Origin: Acidobacteriota bacterium
GTDB lineage: Bacteria > Acidobacteriota > Terriglobia > Terriglobales > Acidobacteriaceae
Assembly: GCA_021781495.1 (NCBI GenBank)
Contig: JAJXWS010000001.1
Coordinates: 73,551 to 137,550 of the forward strand
DNA: 64,000 nt
Reading direction: 5' to 3'
Shown here: piece after piece, positions 37,429 to 46,561 of the stretch
Position numbering within the stretch: position 1 is the stretch's first letter
Layout of the letters: the number at the start of each line of letters is the position of its first letter
Program-made: the position numbers and the translations under genes
Notes under the pieces: generated by a model
Told to the model about the DNA's origin: nothing
The model's database searches: none
The model's input: the letters and a program-made list of their open reading frames with translations, nothing else

Positions 37429-38793
37429 CTACCTGGGAAACGGCACAAACATGCCGGAGCAGGCGTCCGTCGCCGCGTCCGTGCCTGCCTTGCCTGTCAC
37501 CGTCGTGTCCTGCCCCGCCAGCTTCATGTTCACCGGCCCCGGCCCAAGATGAAAATCGCTGTGCCGGATCGAGTACGTATAGGCCGCCGGATCGTCCAGC
37601 AAAACGCCATCCAGCGCCACCCCAACGCGCTGTGCAGCCGAGTAGCCGTTGAACGAGATCTTGCCGCTCCCGTACAGCCGCACATCGCGCAGCGTGATGT
37701 CGCGGTAGGTGGGCAGCCGGTTGCCCTGCAGCGTGCCCGCCGCCGTGTACCCCGTGTCAAAGAACAGCGGATTGGGCGAGTTACGAATGCACACGTGGTC
37801 GTAAGCCACATCCTGCACCAGCCCGCCGCGCGAAGCGTTCGACTTGATGCGGATGCCGTTGTCCGGGCCATCCAGCGACAGGTCCGCCACCCGCACTCCG
37901 CTCACTCCGCCATATGTCTCGCTGCCAATCGACATGCCATGGCCCCAGTAGAAGTGGTCATGGCTCACCGTGATATGCGACGCGCCGCCCTCGCCGCCCT
38001 TGATGGCCACGTTGTCGTCTCCGGTCCGGATGTAGCTGTGCGTGATCGTCACGTTGCGCGCGCCGTTGCCCGGATCCACGCCGTCCGTGTTGCGCGCCAG
38101 CCGCTGCGGCGTGTCAATCTTCAGCCCCCACACCGTGAACCCGTCGCCGCTGTTGTACACCACATGAAAGTTGGGCGAGTTCTTCAGCGTGATCCGATAC
38201 AGCGTGAAGTTGTCCGCGTGGTTGGCCACAATCAGCCGGAAGCACTGCTGATGCCCGCCCGCGCGTGCCTGCTCCGCCAGCTCCCACCAGCTCACCTCCC
38301 GGCCCAGAATCTTCATCCCGCCGCGGCCATCAATCACGCCATCGCCCATCACGCCCGCATCGCGCACATTGTCCGCGGCAATCAGCGGCCGGCAGCCCGG
38401 TCCCGCCTGGTTCACAACCCCGCAGCTTCCCGGCGAGCGCTCAAACACCGCCGCATCGCGCGAGGCAAACAGCGTCGCTCCGCCATCCACCACCAGCGTC
38501 ACGCCGTTCCGCAGTTGCAGCGGCCCGCTCAGGAAGGCGTTGTTGCCGCCCTGCGCGCGCAGCTCCACCGCCTTGCCCGCCGCACAGTGATTCAGCGCGT
38601 CCTGAATGCGCCGCGTATCCAGCCGCGTTTCATCCGCGGCGGCAATCCCACCGGCATCCGCGCGCAGATGCGCGTCCAGCACCGCGCACGGCGGCGGAAT
38701 CGCGGGCTCCGTCACATTGCGCAGATCCTGCGCAGCCGCAGCCGCGCCTGCACAAAGCACCAGTACGCCGGCACAACTCAGCAAACTCTTCAT
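37429..38793 (-). CDS. GH28 polygalacturonase
   Basis: Start moved to ATG 38793 (signal peptide MKSLLSCAGVLVLCAGAAAAA); NTDG, GDD, GHG(MSIGS), RIKS catalytic motifs. Confidence 0.92.
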   Translation of the reverse strand: MKSLLSCAGVLVLCAGAAAAAQDLRNVTEPAIPPPCAVLDAHLRADAGGIAAADETRLDTRRIQDALNHCAAGKAVELRAQGGNNAFLSGPLQLRNGVTLVVDGGATLFASRDAAVFERSPGSCGVVNQAGPGCRPLIAADNVRDAGVMGDGVIDGRGGMKILGREVSWWELAEQARAGGHQQCFRLIVANHADNFTLYRITLKNSPNFHVVYNSGDGFTVWGLKIDTPQRLARNTDGVDPGNGARNVTITHSYIRTGDDNVAIKGGEGGASHITVSHDHFYWGHGMSIGSETYGGVSGVRVADLSLDGPDNGIRIKSNASRGGLVQDVAYDHVCIRNSPNPLFFDTGYTAAGTLQGNRLPTYRDITLRDVRLYGSGKISFNGYSAAQRVGVALDGVLLDDPAAYTYSIRHSDFHLGPGPVNMKLAGQDTTVTGKAGTDAATDACSGMFVPFPR

Positions 38794-38903
38794 CCCAACC
38801 TCGTCTCCGCAGTGGATAGCGTCCGCGCAGGCGGCTTTCCTGCGTTCCTCGCCCGGCATCACGCCCGTGTCCGCGCCAGTATCCGAACCCGCGTCCGAAC
38901 CCG

Positions 38904-38937
38904 TGGTCAGACCAGTGGCCTGACCACTGCCATTGTA
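38904..38937 (-). promoter_or_regulatory. Putative GH28 promoter (-10 TACAAT) overlapped by tandem FadR/GntR-type operators
   Basis: TACAAT at 38937-38932 on the minus strand; TGGTCAGACCA (38904-38914) and TGGCCTGACCA (38916-38926) lie across the predicted +1. Confidence 0.55.
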
Positions 38938-39213
38938 CGCGGCGTCGTCCCACGGCCCCGCGTGCGCACCGCCACAGCGGCACACGCCGCGCCGGTTCCA
39001 TCGCGCGCCGCGCACAAAGGCGTCATTGCCGCTCGCAATGGGCTGCTGCTATAGTCCTCACTGAACCGTCGCATTTGGCGCTGTTTTTTGCAGCTGCGCG
39101 CGCTGGAATCCCTCTCGCGCTGCCTTGCATCCCAGGCCTTGCGCGGATAAGCTTTCCCCCGCAGGACCGTGGCCCGCGCCACACAGAACGTTCAGGTTTT
39201 CGGAGTCATCCAG

Positions 39214-40302
39214 GTGACGAGCTCCCCAAAGAATCCGCCCGCAGCCAGGGACAAGCGCGCCAAGGGTGTCGTGGCGCATCGCAAGCCCACCATGAGCGAC
39301 GTGGCGCGGCTGGCGGGCGTGGGCACCATGACCGTCTCGCGCTTCCTCAGCGGCGCCGTGCCCGTCTCCGCGGAGACAGCGCGGCGCGTGCAGGTGGCCA
39401 TTGACCAGCTCAACTATCGTCCCAACGAGCTGGCGCGCGCCTTTCGCGGACAGCGCACCCGCTCCATCGGCCTCATCGTCCCCTATCTCTACGACTCCTT
39501 CTTCGCCAACTGCGCACACTCGGTCATCACGGCTGCCCGCGAGCACGGCTACTCCGTTCTGCTCACCACGTCCAATGAGGACCCCGACACCGAGATTGCC
39601 GAGGCCGAGCAGATGCTGCAGCGCGCCGTCGACGGCCTCGTCGTGATCCCCGCCATGTCGCGCCCCAGCGAGCTCACCCGCGCCATGTTCGGCAAGACGC
39701 CCGTCGTGGTCTTCGATCGTCCCGTCGCCAACCAGTCCTTTGACGTGGTGCTGGTGCAGAACACTGCCGGCTCGCATCGCGTGGTGCAGCACCTCATCGA
39801 GCATGGCCACAAGCGCATCACGCTCATGGGCCTCAGCCGCAGCCTCTTCACCATCAACGCGCGCTTCCTCGGCTATCGCCGCGCCATGCAGGAGGCCGGC
39901 CTCGAAGAAGACGCCTTCTCCGGCTGCAACTCGCAGGAGGACACCCTGCAGGCCATCCAGGAGAAGCTCGGCGGGCCCAATCCGCCCACCGCCTTCTTCA
40001 CCTCAAACACGCTCTCCACGCGCTATGTGCTCTCTGCCCTCATCAATCTGGGCGTCCGCATTCCCAATGACGTTGCGCTCGTCGGCTTTGACGACTTTGA
40101 GCTGTCTGACCTCACCGCCCCGCCGCTCACCGTGGTGCGCCAGCCCGCCAGCGAAATGGGGCGCGTCGCCGCAAGTCTGCTCTTCGAGCGCATCGCCCGC
40201 GGCGAGGTTCCGCAGACCGGCAACCGCATCGTCCTGCCCGTTGAGATCGTCCTGCGCCGCTCCTGCGGCTGCAAGCACCGCACCCCGGTCGTCATTCACT
40301 AG
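39214..40302 (+). CDS. LacI-family transcriptional regulator
   Basis: GTG 39214 after CGGAG; PTMSDVARLAGVGTMTVSRFL HTH, YRPNELARAF hinge, VALVGFDD, PPLTVVRQP. Confidence 0.93.
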   Translation: MTSSPKNPPAARDKRAKGVVAHRKPTMSDVARLAGVGTMTVSRFLSGAVPVSAETARRVQVAIDQLNYRPNELARAFRGQRTRSIGLIVPYLYDSFFANCAHSVITAAREHGYSVLLTTSNEDPDTEIAEAEQMLQRAVDGLVVIPAMSRPSELTRAMFGKTPVVVFDRPVANQSFDVVLVQNTAGSHRVVQHLIEHGHKRITLMGLSRSLFTINARFLGYRRAMQEAGLEEDAFSGCNSQEDTLQAIQEKLGGPNPPTAFFTSNTLSTRYVLSALINLGVRIPNDVALVGFDDFELSDLTAPPLTVVRQPASEMGRVAASLLFERIARGEVPQTGNRIVLPVEIVLRRSCGCKHRTPVVIH

Positions 40303-40329
40303 CCCCGTCGCGGCGCCTGCATCGTTCCG

Positions 40330-43300
40330 CTACGGCACACTCACCGTCTGCGTCTCCACGTTCCAGCCGCGCACGCCCACCGCTGGCTTCGCCGTTCCCG
40401 CCGCAAAGTCCACCGTGATGGTGCGCGTCTCGCCCGGCAGCATGGACACATAGTTCTCGCTGTAATACGCCGGCAGAATGCGCTCCCCAGTCGCGGCATC
40501 CTTCAGCGTCAACTTCACCAGCAGCGCCGCTGTCGTGCCCGTGTTCTCCAGCGTCACCGTGGCCCTGCGCTCGCCGCCACTCGCAGTCACCGTGGCCTTG
40601 GCCGTCAGCCTTGCCCGCTCCAGCGCATTCAGCTCGCGCAACGTAGCCTCCTCGCTCGCCCACCAGTAGAAGTTGTCGCTCACCGGCCTTCCATCCGCAT
40701 CGCTCACCTTCAGCGCCACGAACACCGTGTGCCCGTTGGCCAGCGTCGTCAGATCCGGCCTGCCTACCGGCGTTCTTGCATCGGCGGCAGCCTGCACGCT
40801 GCGGGTCTCGTCGCTCAACACGCGTCCATCCAGGCTCACCACGCGGGTCTCCACCTTGTAGGTGCGCGCCTCGCCCAGGTTGATCAGGTCCACCGCGCCC
40901 TCGCTCAGGTCAAGCTGCGCATGGATCGGCTCGCACGCCTTCTGTGTTCCGTAAAAGCTCGACTGCGTATCGTAGTCCCAGCTCAGGAAGTTCCACTCCA
41001 TGCTCGGCCACGCCGGCTGCGTCATCCAGATCATGCGGCCGGAGTTCGGCTGCCACAGGTGCGCCGCAAAGCCCTCAAAGATGGCGCGATGCCCCACGTA
41101 GTCCAGCATCTGCGCCTTGCGCTCAAAGTCCTCCAGGCTGGTGGCCGCGCCAAACTCTGTCTCCATGTGCTGCAGGAATGGCTTCACCGCGCCGTTCCCC
41201 GTCTGGTGCCAGTCGTGGTACGCCCACGTATCGCTGATGGGCCACCGATCCGCCTTCGGGATAAACGACTTCAAGCTCTCCAGCGTGGGCACGCTCGGAA
41301 TCCCCAGCTCCACGCTGAAGCCGCGATTGATGCGGTAATACGCCTCCAGCGGCTGATACTGGTACGGACCCGAGTTGCGCAGATTCACCTGGTTTGAGCT
41401 GCCCGTGTAGTAGCGCGTGTGGTCCAGCGTGCGCACCAGCGTGGCCAGTCCCTCGTTCACAATCGGCTGCGGCACGCCCTCGTTGCGCCCGCACCACACC
41501 ACAATCGACGCGTGATGGCGATAGCGCAAAATCGTGTCGCGCGCATTCGTCAGGAACAGTTGCGGGTCCTGCGCCTCCAGGTTGTAGTTCTGCGTGGAGT
41601 CCCAGAAGTCGTTCCACACCATCAGGCCGTACTTGTCGGCCAGCGCGTAGAAGCTCTCCTCCGTGTCCTGCCCCATCCAGTTGCGAATCATGTTCACGTG
41701 CGCGTCGCGATGCAGGCGGAAGTAAGGCTCCAGCCGCTCCACGCTCACGCGCTTGCGGCTGTCGTCCATGCCCCAGTTGCCGCCGCGCGCGGCAATGCGC
41801 ACGCCGTTCACCCGGATAACCAGGTCAGTGCCGGGCCATCCTCCCTCCACCGGCCGTATTGAGGCCGACCCCTCCGCGCCGGGCTCCAGCGTCTGCACCC
41901 ACGCATGCCGCATCCACTCTGGCAACTGCTCACCCGCGGGCAGCAGGTTCGGCGTTCGGTCGTCGATCTGCCGAATCCCCGCGTGGCTTTCGTCAATCAG
42001 CGGCAGCGCGGCATCATGCGTGCGGCTCGGCAACACCTCCACACGGCGCAGGTGGCCCGTCTCGTCCATCAGCGACGTCTCATAGCTCACCTCGCGCATG
42101 CCAAACTCAATCTGCTCCTGCGCGCTCACCTTGCCCGCCGCGGCAAAGCTCACCGTCAGCGTGTGCAGTGCGGGCTCGCCGTATCCGTTCGGCCACCACA
42201 GCCGCGGATGCTGCACCTTCAGTTGCGCATACTCCGCCGGCTCCAGCCGTACCACCGTCTCGCCCGGCTCCAGCCGCACATGCCGGGTCACCTTCACATC
42301 GTCAAAGCTCGCCGTCAGCTCGCCCTCGGTCGCCTGCGGCAGCGTGTTCGTCACGGGCGCCTCAATCTCGATATCCGCCTCGCTGCGGTCCGCCCTGGGC
42401 AGCGTGGTCACCACCTGCAGATCCCCCAGCTTCACCGCGCCCGTCGCCGTCAGCACCACATCCTGCCACAGGCCCGTGTTGCGGTCGCGAATGCCGGGAA
42501 TCCAGTCCCAGCCCTCGGTTGCCGCAAAGGTCGGCCCATCCAGCACCTGGATGCCGCCGTTCTCGCCCGGTCCCCCCTTCAGCGACTGCTCATGCGCAAT
42601 CCCCGGATGCGGCGGCGGGCTCACCCGCACTGCCAGCGCATTCTCGCCCTGCGCATGCACCAGCTCCGTCACGTCAAAGCTGCCGCGCACAAACGCACCC
42701 GTCACGCTGCCCAGCCTGTGGCCGTTCAGCCAGGCCTCCGCCGCGTAGTTCACGCCTTCCAATGTCAGCGTCAGCCGCTGCCCATGCGCCTGCGGCGGCG
42801 TCTTGAACTCCCCCCGATACCAGTAGTCCTGATGCGCCAGGCTCTCGGGAATCGCCAGGTTGTTCAGCCCATAATCGGGGTCGGGATAGATGCCCCTATC
42901 AATCATCGTGGTCAGCACCGTGCCCGGCACGGTGGCCGCCAGCCAGTTCTTCGTCGCAAAGCCGGGCCTGGCAATCGTGTCGCCCGCAGCCTTCACCTCC
43001 GGAGCCGCCGCCAGCATCCACCCGCCGCGAATCCGCCACTGCTCCGCGCCAACAGCTTCCATGCGGCTCACCGCGGGCGGCAGTGGCTTGGCCACCGGCT
43101 TCTGGATGCCGCCCTTGCCGCGCGGCAGCGTCGAAGGGTCCTGCGGCGCGCTGTATCCAGCCTGCGCCCGCGTCTGCACCGGCCAGTGGCCGGAAGCCTC
43201 TTCGTACGTCGGCAGCGCAAAGTCTGGCGGAGCCGCGACCAGCGCCTGCACCTGCTCCGCCGTCAGCGCCTCGCCATACACCTTCACGCCCGCCAGCTTT

Positions 43301-43908
43301 CCGCCAAAGTGGTGGCCATCCACGCGCGCAGGCAGCGCCGGAGCCATCTCCAGCAGCGCCGCCACCGCGCCCTCTGCCGGCTCGCTCTGCAACACCGGCC
43401 TGCCGTCGGCATACAGTGTCACCTTCGCGCCCGCGCCCACCGCCACCGCCAGGTGCCACTGCGCGTTGCTCAGCGCGGTCGTAGCCACCGGCATGCGGCT
43501 GGCCTGCGCGCCGCTGCCCAGCCACAGCCCAAGATGGTTGTCCTGCACGGCCACAAAGCGCGCATCTTCCGCGCCCGGCTCGCCCACACCGGCCAGCAGC
43601 ACCGTTCCCTTCAGCGGCTCCGACGCATGAAACCAGAACGCCAGCGTCCAGCTCGACCCGCCCTGCAGCATCGCCGCCGTGCGGCCATTCGCGGCGGCCC
43701 CGTTCGCCAGCGGCTTCGTCAGCCCCGGTCCATCCGGCAGAAACACCGCGTTGTACGGCCCATACGCCTCCGCCGGCAACGGCTGCGCGCTCGCCCGCGC
43801 AACGCCCGGCAGCATCGCCGCAAACACCAGCGCCGCCGCGGCCATCGGCAGGCGGCACAGAAGGGAACTCACACCACAGATAGCTTTGCTTTGCGTGGGA
43901 ATAGACAT
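40330..43908 (-). CDS. GH2 glycoside hydrolase (exo-beta-glucosaminidase/beta-mannosidase-like) with N-terminal LamG-like domain
   Basis: LamG-like WHLAVAV...VTLYADG segment; ATVPGTVLT, EGVNYAAEAWLNG, GWDWIPGIRDRNTGLWQDV, NGVRIAARGGNW, VVWCGRNEG, GFSVELG; start uncertain (43908 or 43845). Confidence 0.88.
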   Translation of the reverse strand: MSIPTQSKAICGVSSLLCRLPMAAAALVFAAMLPGVARASAQPLPAEAYGPYNAVFLPDGPGLTKPLANGAAANGRTAAMLQGGSSWTLAFWFHASEPLKGTVLLAGVGEPGAEDARFVAVQDNHLGLWLGSGAQASRMPVATTALSNAQWHLAVAVGAGAKVTLYADGRPVLQSEPAEGAVAALLEMAPALPARVDGHHFGGKLAGVKVYGEALTAEQVQALVAAPPDFALPTYEEASGHWPVQTRAQAGYSAPQDPSTLPRGKGGIQKPVAKPLPPAVSRMEAVGAEQWRIRGGWMLAAAPEVKAAGDTIARPGFATKNWLAATVPGTVLTTMIDRGIYPDPDYGLNNLAIPESLAHQDYWYRGEFKTPPQAHGQRLTLTLEGVNYAAEAWLNGHRLGSVTGAFVRGSFDVTELVHAQGENALAVRVSPPPHPGIAHEQSLKGGPGENGGIQVLDGPTFAATEGWDWIPGIRDRNTGLWQDVVLTATGAVKLGDLQVVTTLPRADRSEADIEIEAPVTNTLPQATEGELTASFDDVKVTRHVRLEPGETVVRLEPAEYAQLKVQHPRLWWPNGYGEPALHTLTVSFAAAGKVSAQEQIEFGMREVSYETSLMDETGHLRRVEVLPSRTHDAALPLIDESHAGIRQIDDRTPNLLPAGEQLPEWMRHAWVQTLEPGAEGSASIRPVEGGWPGTDLVIRVNGVRIAARGGNWGMDDSRKRVSVERLEPYFRLHRDAHVNMIRNWMGQDTEESFYALADKYGLMVWNDFWDSTQNYNLEAQDPQLFLTNARDTILRYRHHASIVVWCGRNEGVPQPIVNEGLATLVRTLDHTRYYTGSSNQVNLRNSGPYQYQPLEAYYRINRGFSVELGIPSVPTLESLKSFIPKADRWPISDTWAYHDWHQTGNGAVKPFLQHMETEFGAATSLEDFERKAQMLDYVGHRAIFEGFAAHLWQPNSGRMIWMTQPAWPSMEWNFLSWDYDTQSSFYGTQKACEPIHAQLDLSEGAVDLINLGEARTYKVETRVVSLDGRVLSDETRSVQAAADARTPVGRPDLTTLANGHTVFVALKVSDADGRPVSDNFYWWASEEATLRELNALERARLTAKATVTASGGERRATVTLENTGTTAALLVKLTLKDAATGERILPAYYSENYVSMLPGETRTITVDFAAGTAKPAVGVRGWNVETQTVSVP

Positions 43909-43971
43909 GACGGACTTCATCCTAGTGGAACCGCGGGCTTTTTTCGAATCCGGCAAGCAGAAAGAGGACGC

Positions 43972-44549
43972 ATGAGAAAAAGATGCTGGAGAGGCATCGC
44001 ACCCCTCCAGCTCAAGGAGGAGACCAACGGTTTTCCTCCGGGCCGCCGTGCGTTTGCGCAGTACATCCTGCGCCGCGCTGGCCGCGCATCCCCACGACCC
44101 GACGGCGGAGCTGCTCTACCTGCGCGTGCTCGTCCTCGAGCAGGACGACGCCACCGCCCGCCCGCTCGTCCAGCGCATGCTCGCCGAGCACCCCGGCAAC
44201 TTCGACGCGCTCTATCTCTCCGGCATTCTCGACGTCGATGCGCAGCGGTACACCGACGCCATCGCGCATCTGCAAAAGGCTGCCGCGCTTAACCCCGGCC
44301 ACTACGACGTGCGCTACCAGCTTGGCCTTGCGCTCTTCCGCACGCAGCAGCCACGGCACCGCCGACATCCAGGTCCACTGGCCCTCCGGCCTCGTGGAGT
44401 CGCACCCCGCCGTCGCCGCCAACCAGCTTCTCTTTCTGCTTGAGGGCAGCGGCCGCGCCGTGCCCACGCCGCTCCGCCACGCCGCAGGGGCATCCCCTGC
44501 CGTGCAGGCGCAAACAGTCGCCGCCGCGGCAGGCGCGCCAAAACGCTAA
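43972..44549 (+). pseudogene. Deletion remnant joining a TPR-protein fragment to the C-terminus of an ASPIC/UnbV (CRTAC1-family) protein
   Basis: ATG 43972 with AGAGGA RBS; one frame gives a TPR fragment (LAAHPHDPTAELLYLRVLV...ALNPGHYDVRYQLGLAL); a different frame from about 44350 gives HGTADIQVHWPSGLVESHPAVAANQLLFLLEG, typical of ASPIC/UnbV ends; no single continuous frame. Confidence 0.7.
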
Positions 44550-44577
44550 GTTGCAATTGTCGTGGAAATGTCGCGGA

Positions 44578-44736
44578 TCAGCGGCGCTTCTGCGCCACCA
44601 CGCGTGCCCGCACCAGCCGTTGCTCGCCCAGCATCACGGTGGCAATCAGGAACACCGGCAGCAGTCCGTTCAGCAGTCTCAGAAAAAGGTCGCGTATTCC
44701 TGCCGGGAAGAAGTGAATTCCGTTCGTAGATTCCAT
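44578..44736 (-). CDS. Possible 52-aa small membrane protein
   Basis: MESTNGIHFFPAGIRDLFLRLLNGLLPVFLIATVMLGEQRLVRARVVAQKRR: one hydrophobic segment with a basic C-tail; weak RBS. Confidence 0.3.
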   Translation of the reverse strand: MESTNGIHFFPAGIRDLFLRLLNGLLPVFLIATVMLGEQRLVRARVVAQKRR

Positions 44737-44841
44737 CGTGGGGCCCCCGGGCAGCCGCATGGCCACAAGCTGCCTTACACTCCTCAAAACGCAACCCGCG
44801 CAGAATTTCCTTTTTCCGCATCCCCGCCCGCACAAACACAA

Positions 44842-44870
44842 ACGCCACGGAGAACCTGTCTCCGTGGCGT
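44842..44870 (-). terminator. Intrinsic terminator of gltA
   Basis: ACGCCACGGAGA-N5-TCTCCGTGGCGT perfect 12-bp stem followed by TTGTGTTT on the minus strand. Confidence 0.8.
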
Positions 44871-44903
44871 CCATGCCTTTCGCAATCGTTGCCGATGCTC
44901 GCG

Positions 44904-46190
44904 CTACCGCTCTTCCATCGGAACAAACCGGCGCGACCGTTGCCCCGTGTACACCTGCCGCGGGCGCGAAATCTTCTGCTCGGAGTCGGTCAGCATCTCC
45001 TGCCACTGCGCCAGCCAGCCCACCGTCCGCGGAATCGCAAACAGGACCGTGAACAGCTCCGGCTTGAAACCCACCGCCTGGTAGATGATGCCCGAGTAGA
45101 AGTCCACATTCGGATACAGCTTGCGCTTGATGAAGTACTCGTCCTGCAGCGCAATCCTCTCCAGCTCCAGCGCAATCTCCAGCTTCGGGTTGTGGCCCGT
45201 CACGCGGAACACCTCTTCCGCCGTGCGCTTGATGATCTTGGCGCGCGGGTCAAAGTTCTTGTAGACGCGATGCCCAAAGCCCATCAGCTTGCCGTGTCCG
45301 TTCTTCACGCGCTGAATGTAGGCGGGGATGTTCTCCTTGGTGCCAATCTCGTCCAGCATTCGCAGCACCTCTTCATTGGCCCCGCCATGCAGCGGGCCCG
45401 ACAGCGCCGCGGCCGCCGCCGCTACGGACAGATACGGATCGGCCAGCGCGCTACCCACCGATCGCATCACGCTCGTGCTGCAGTTCTGCTCGTGATCCGC
45501 ATGCAGAATAAAGAGGATGTCCAGCGCCCGCGCCAGCACAGGATTAGCGGCGTACTTGGGCTCCACCATCTTCCACAGCATGTTCATAAAGTTTTCCGGA
45601 TAGCTCAGGTCGTTGTCCGGATACACATACGGAAAGCCCACGCTGTGCCGGTACGACATCGCCGCCACCGTCGGCATCTTGCCGATCAGCCGCTTGATCT
45701 GCTGCAGCCGGTTCTCCGCGTCATGCACATGCTTGGCCTCTGGATACACTGCCGACAGCGCCGCCACCGTGCTCACCAGCATCGCCATCGGATGCGCGTC
45801 GTAGCGGAACCCTTCCATGAACTGGCGCGTCGTCTCATGCAGCATCGTGTGATGCGTAATCTCGTACACCCAGCTCTTCAGCTGGCTCTCGTTGGGCAGC
45901 TCGCCAAACAGCAGCAGATACGCCACCTCAAGAAACGTGCACCGCTCCGCCAGCTCCTCAATCGGATACCCGCGATACTCCAGGATGCCGCGCTCGCCAT
46001 CGATATACGTAATGTTGCTGCGGCAGGAAGCCGTGTTCATAAACGCGGGATCGTACATCATCAGGCCAAAGTCGTCGTCGCTCGTGCGGATCTGCCGCAT
46101 GTCCATTGACCGGACTGTGCCGTCCACGATTGGCAATGTGTAAGTTTGATCCGTGCGGTTGTCTGTGACCGTAAGCGTATTCACTTCCAT
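44904..46190 (-). CDS. gltA: Citrate synthase
   Basis: Start moved to ATG 46190; YDPAFMNTASCRSNITYIDGERGILEYRGYPIE, HADHEQNCSTS, GPLHGGANEEV, LMGFGHRVYKNFDPRA, LYPNVDFYSG, ISRPRQVY. Confidence 0.96.
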   Translation of the reverse strand: MEVNTLTVTDNRTDQTYTLPIVDGTVRSMDMRQIRTSDDDFGLMMYDPAFMNTASCRSNITYIDGERGILEYRGYPIEELAERCTFLEVAYLLLFGELPNESQLKSWVYEITHHTMLHETTRQFMEGFRYDAHPMAMLVSTVAALSAVYPEAKHVHDAENRLQQIKRLIGKMPTVAAMSYRHSVGFPYVYPDNDLSYPENFMNMLWKMVEPKYAANPVLARALDILFILHADHEQNCSTSVMRSVGSALADPYLSVAAAAAALSGPLHGGANEEVLRMLDEIGTKENIPAYIQRVKNGHGKLMGFGHRVYKNFDPRAKIIKRTAEEVFRVTGHNPKLEIALELERIALQDEYFIKRKLYPNVDFYSGIIYQAVGFKPELFTVLFAIPRTVGWLAQWQEMLTDSEQKISRPRQVYTGQRSRRFVPMEER

Positions 46191-46354
46191 AAAAAAGAGA
46201 TCCTCCGATCCCGGAAAAGATAGAGTGCCAGATGCTATCGCGCTCGCACGCCTGAGCCGGCCGCCAACTCCGCTTTCTCCTGCCGGTGAGCGCTCGTACC
46301 GGAGTGGCAATCTCGCATCAACGTAGATTTACGGTGCCTGAAGCTACACGTGTC

Positions 46355-46370
46355 AGTGATTCTGGTCACG
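46355..46370. promoter_or_regulatory. CRP/FNR-family-like box upstream of gltA
   Basis: AGTGA-TTCTGG-TCACG. Confidence 0.5.
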
Positions 46371-46428
46371 AAAAGCAACGATTACAGGATAACCGCCACA
46401 GCAGGGAACTCGCCTTTCCCCCTCAGCC

Positions 46429-46444
46429 CGTGACACAAATCACC
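46429..46444. promoter_or_regulatory. Second CRP/FNR-family-like box upstream of gltA
   Basis: CGTGA-CACAAA-TCACC, 74 bp from the first box. Confidence 0.45.
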
Positions 46445-46499
46445 ACAATGCAGCCAGTCTTATAGGCTGATATGCGCTGCCGCATCCCTCGCCCGCTCA

Positions 46500-46537
46500 C
46501 AAAAAAATGCGGCGAGAGAAGCATCCCCTCGCCGCAT
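46500..46537 (-). terminator. Intrinsic terminator of the GH16 gene
   Basis: ATGCGGCGAG...CTCGCCGCAT stem followed by T7 on the minus strand. Confidence 0.78.
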
Positions 46538-46561
46538 GCTTGCGCAGTCCCGCCCCGTTCG

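Noticed and set aside
38794-39015. N-terminal extension of GH28 in the ORF track, with GSDAGSDTGADTG pseudo-repeats
   Set aside because: A clean signal peptide starts at ATG 38793. The repeat is better explained as the 12-bp DNA array in the promoter and leader.
44012-44467. 151-aa minus-strand ORF over the pseudogene
   Set aside because: It is the antisense of the TPR fragment, and the homology signal is on the plus strand.
44546-44926. 126-aa minus-strand ORF downstream of gltA
   Set aside because: It overlaps the gltA 3' end, runs through the terminator and has no recognisable composition or motif.
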